Below are positions 61,222 through 64,000 of a stretch of DNA of 64,000 nt, piece by piece. Source of the DNA: Occultella glacieicola. GTDB taxonomy: Bacteria > Actinomycetota > Actinomycetes > Actinomycetales > Beutenbergiaceae. The notes under the pieces were generated by a model. The model made no database searches. It had not been told where the DNA came from and saw only the letters and a list, made by a program, of their open reading frames with translations. The translations under genes and the position numbers were made by a program. The stretch spans positions 1 through 64,000 of the forward strand of contig NZ_SMNA01000002.1 of the NCBI RefSeq assembly GCF_004353825.1, in the 5' to 3' direction. The stretch's first letter is position 1. Each line of letters begins with the position of its first letter.

Positions 61222-63302
61222 GGCGTCCCCACGGTGCCCACAGTGCCCACAGTGCCCGCAGTGCCCACAGTGCCCACAGTGCCCACGGTCTCGGGAGTCC
61301 CGGTGGCCACGCCCGGCGGGCGCACGGGGACGATGGCCTCGACCGCAGTGCCGTGCGGGAGCAGGTGGTGCACCTCGACCGTCCCGCCCAGATCCTGGGC
61401 GCGTTCGCGCATCGACCGGGTGCCGACCCCGGCGCGCGCGTCGCTGCGGTAGCCCGCGCCGTCGTCCCGGCAGGACACGCGCACGGTCGGTCCGTCCTCG
61501 AGTACCTCCAGGTCGCACCCGTCGGCGCCGCTGTGCCGGGCCGCGTTCAGCACGGCCTCGGACGCGATCCCGTAACAGCCGGCGGCCACGGCCTCCGGCA
61601 GGTCCGAGTCGACGGCGTACCGCAGGCGCACGTCGAAACCGCTCTGCCGGTGCCGGGCCACCAGTTCCACGAGGGCCGGCTCGAGCCCGAGCTCCTCGAG
61701 CACCGGCGGCAACAGCGTGCGCGCGATCGTGCGGACGTCCTCGATCCGCTGGTCGAGTTCGTGCTGCAGCGTCCGCAGCATCCGGCCGGCCTCCGCCGGG
61801 TCGTCCGCGATGGTGTTCGCCACCCCCTGCAGGCCGAGCCGCAGGCCGGCCAGCCATGGCCCGAGCCCGTCGTGCAGTTCCCGCCTGATCACCCGGCGCT
61901 CCTGCAGCCGCGCGTCGGTCAGCCGGCGACGGGTCCGCGCGAGCTCCTCGGCCGTGCGGGTGAGCACAAGACCGGCGGTGATCACGGCCGCGAGCTCGTC
62001 GAGGGCACCACGGGTGGTGAGGTCGAGGGTCTCGCCGGGTCGCGGCGTCGCCTCCAGGGTCCCTATCGTCCGTTCCCCGGAGACCAGTGGAAGGGCCACG
62101 GGCGTGCCGGTCGGGGAGCCCCAACCAGCCAGCACCGGTCCCGGCGGCTGCCGGAGCGTCGCATCCGCCGGCGGCGCGGCCCACTCGGTGCCGCGCACGG
62201 TCACCGATTCCAGCCGCAGGGCGGTCCCGACGCTCTCGACGAGCGAGGTGAGCAGGCCCTCGTCCGTGCCGGTTCGTCCGATCCGGGTGCCCATCGACCC
62301 GGCCACCCGCCAATGGTCGTGCGCGACCCCGTACACCAGCCGCCGGATGCGCGCGGCGAACCACAGACGTGTCGGTCCGACCGCGATGACCACCGCGGCG
62401 GCCGCGGCCGCCTGGGCGACGCCCTGTCCCGGGACCAGCACCCCGGCGAGCAACGCGGCGACGAGATAGATCCCCGCGAGCGCCGCCGTCAGCACCCCGG
62501 CCAGGAGCGCTCGCGAGACCGCCAGCTCGATGCCCCAGAGCCGCTGCCGAAGGATCACGGTGAGGATCGCCGCTGGGAACAGCGCCTGGCTGGCCAGGTG
62601 CAGCGCCGGGGTCAGCCAGTCCGGCACGGTCCCCACCGGCGCCAGCAGCGGCACGAACGACACGGCGAGCACCAAGGTGCCCAGGCCGAGCCAGCCCAGA
62701 CCGACCGCCTCGGACTCGGGCGACCTCCGCCGTCGGACCTCCACCGCGGCCGCGGTGACCGCCCCGAAGCCGACGGCGGCAACGAGCACCCCCGCGAGCA
62801 TCGCGTAGTTGCCCGCCAGGCTCGCCGCCAGGGCGGCGACGCTGATCAGTCCCCCGGTCGCGGGCCCCCACCAGGCGGACCCGAGCGGTCGCTCCCGGAC
62901 CAGCCACGGCACCACGAGGAACAACGCGAGGGTGCCCGGGACCCAGGCCCAGCCGAACGTGTCCGCGAGCGGGCCGGGCGTCAGGCCCCGGCTCTCGGTG
63001 AACATGCGCCACCCGCCGCCGAGCGCGGACAGTCCGCCACCGAGCGCCGTGAGCGCCACCAGGTAGCCGACCGGGTGGCGGCGTCGGGACAGGACGAGGG
63101 CCGCGACCGCCCCGTAGACGAGGCCGACCATGACATCCACGATCAGGAACAGGTCGTCGACCGTGCCGACCGGTCGGGCGGCCAGGAACAGCAGCAGACC
63201 GAGGAACGCGAGGAGTCCGGGCAGTCCGGCCGCCCAGGCCGCCACGAACCCCGGGCGCGGCGGTCCGTGACCGCCGCGTCCGCCGTCGCCGGGCTCTGAC
63301 AT
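61218..63302 (-). CDS. Membrane sensor histidine kinase (HisKA_3)
   Basis: Multiple TM helices, RRELHDGLGP, EAVLNAARHS, DDGAG, GVGTRSMRERA. Leaderless TACAGT-6-ATG. Confidence 0.93.
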   Translation of the reverse strand: MSEPGDGGRGGHGPPRPGFVAAWAAGLPGLLAFLGLLLFLAARPVGTVDDLFLIVDVMVGLVYGAVAALVLSRRRHPVGYLVALTALGGGLSALGGGWRMFTESRGLTPGPLADTFGWAWVPGTLALFLVVPWLVRERPLGSAWWGPATGGLISVAALAASLAGNYAMLAGVLVAAVGFGAVTAAAVEVRRRRSPESEAVGLGWLGLGTLVLAVSFVPLLAPVGTVPDWLTPALHLASQALFPAAILTVILRQRLWGIELAVSRALLAGVLTAALAGIYLVAALLAGVLVPGQGVAQAAAAAAVVIAVGPTRLWFAARIRRLVYGVAHDHWRVAGSMGTRIGRTGTDEGLLTSLVESVGTALRLESVTVRGTEWAAPPADATLRQPPGPVLAGWGSPTGTPVALPLVSGERTIGTLEATPRPGETLDLTTRGALDELAAVITAGLVLTRTAEELARTRRRLTDARLQERRVIRRELHDGLGPWLAGLRLGLQGVANTIADDPAEAGRMLRTLQHELDQRIEDVRTIARTLLPPVLEELGLEPALVELVARHRQSGFDVRLRYAVDSDLPEAVAAGCYGIASEAVLNAARHSGADGCDLEVLEDGPTVRVSCRDDGAGYRSDARAGVGTRSMRERAQDLGGTVEVHHLLPHGTAVEAIVPVRPPGVATGTPETVGTVGTVGTAGTVGTVGTVGTP
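61228..61290. repeat. 9-bp tandem repeat (CCCACAGTG) x7
   Basis: Seven consecutive units, four exact and three with 1-2 substitutions. Encodes (TVG)n at the kinase C-terminus. Confidence 0.95.
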
Positions 63303-63321
63303 GAGCAAACTGTAGGGACGA

Positions 63322-64000
63322 TCAGCGCCCCGCCGAGGCGAATTCCGGCCGTGATTGCGCGCGCAGCGCCGCGAGCCCCACGACGAGCAGCCAGATCGGG
63401 CCGACGAAGCCCGCCATGTACTGCAGCGGGGAGACCCCGACCAGGACGATCAAGGCGCCGAGGACCACGCTGACCAGACCGACGACGCGACCGAATGCGC
63501 CGTGCCGGATTGCGGCCAGGCCGAGGGCGAGCCCGCTCACGCCGGCGGTGACCCAGAGCCAGGGGATCGTCGCTACCCAGTGCGAGTAGAACGACACGTC
63601 GGTGGCGACCAGCAGTTCCGGTTCGGTCAGCCCGAACACGAACTCGGTGTCCAGGCCCGATCCCAGCACGAGCACGGCCGAGAGCACGACCAGCCCGACA
63701 GCGGCCACGCCCGGCAGGAGCGACCCGGCCGGGGTGCGACGGGTCAGGTGTCGGTGCAGCCCGACAGCGAACGGGATCAGCGCCAGCCCGGCGACGATGG
63801 TCGCGACGTGGAAGCCGAGGAGCTGCGGCACCATCGTGGAAAGGTGCGCGGTGATCGACTCCGGGGTCGGTGGCGCCGCCGGGTCGTACGCTGGGCTGAC
63901 GGTCAGCGACAGGTAGATGCTCGCCATCCCCGCCAGGCCCGCTCCGACGCCGGCGAGGGCCCAGCCGCGGGACGTGCGCTCCGGCGCCGGACCGCTCGGC
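63322..64000 (-). CDS. Multi-pass membrane protein (5' end beyond the window)
   Basis: Frame open to the window edge; about 6 hydrophobic segments; directly upstream of the kinase. Confidence 0.8.
   Translation of the reverse strand, partial: PSGPAPERTSRGWALAGVGAGLAGMASIYLSLTVSPAYDPAAPPTPESITAHLSTMVPQLLGFHVATIVAGLALIPFAVGLHRHLTRRTPAGSLLPGVAAVGLVVLSAVLVLGSGLDTEFVFGLTEPELLVATDVSFYSHWVATIPWLWVTAGVSGLALGLAAIRHGAFGRVVGLVSVVLGALIVLVGVSPLQYMAGFVGPIWLLVVGLAALRAQSRPEFASAGR

Noticed and set aside
61228..61290. Tandem repeat as a CRISPR array
   Set aside because: The units are 9 bp with no spacers, and there are no cas genes.
60547..63012. 821-aa ORF as a long response regulator
   Set aside because: The upstream part is an off-frame reading of the kinase gene. 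The receiver domain starts at ATG 61221, which overlaps the kinase stop.

Overview
High-GC actinobacterial chromosomal window. Gene content suggests Micrococcales, but the genus cannot be fixed from sequence alone. Housekeeping anchors are the 5' part of smc, pheA, ndk, DUF4233, folC and ileS with a translational T-box riboswitch. Accessory genes between them include a sugar-type ABC importer with a PHP metallohydrolase, a DeoR/LacI hybrid regulator facing a 1260-aa secreted heparinase II/III-like lyase, an FtsX-type ABC exporter, dhaKLM, MFS/RND exporters with MarR/HxlR regulators, alkA-ogt, a NYN-LOTUS nuclease, a frameshifted DUF222-HNH gene, an Acr1-like reductase with a degenerate acyl-CoA ligase, and a two-component system. 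I found no tRNA, rRNA, CRISPR array, transposase or integrase, and I cannot claim a clearly new system. The strongest leads are: (1) a shared PafBC/RecA-NDp-type promoter (GATGTCAGGGG-N7-[T/C]ANNNT) in front of both the HNH gene and an Ada-less alkA-ogt operon; (2) a DUF3626 protein with a possible ADP-ribosyltransferase-like fold; (3) an unassigned Cys-bracketed repeat domain at the lyase C-terminus; (4) a TetR-controlled protein of unknown function with a clean double operator; (5) a 14-kb accessory block separating folC from DUF4233-ndk. At least 12 genes look leaderless, so many starts in the supplied ORF track need correcting. All family assignments come from motif recognition by eye; no database searches were run.
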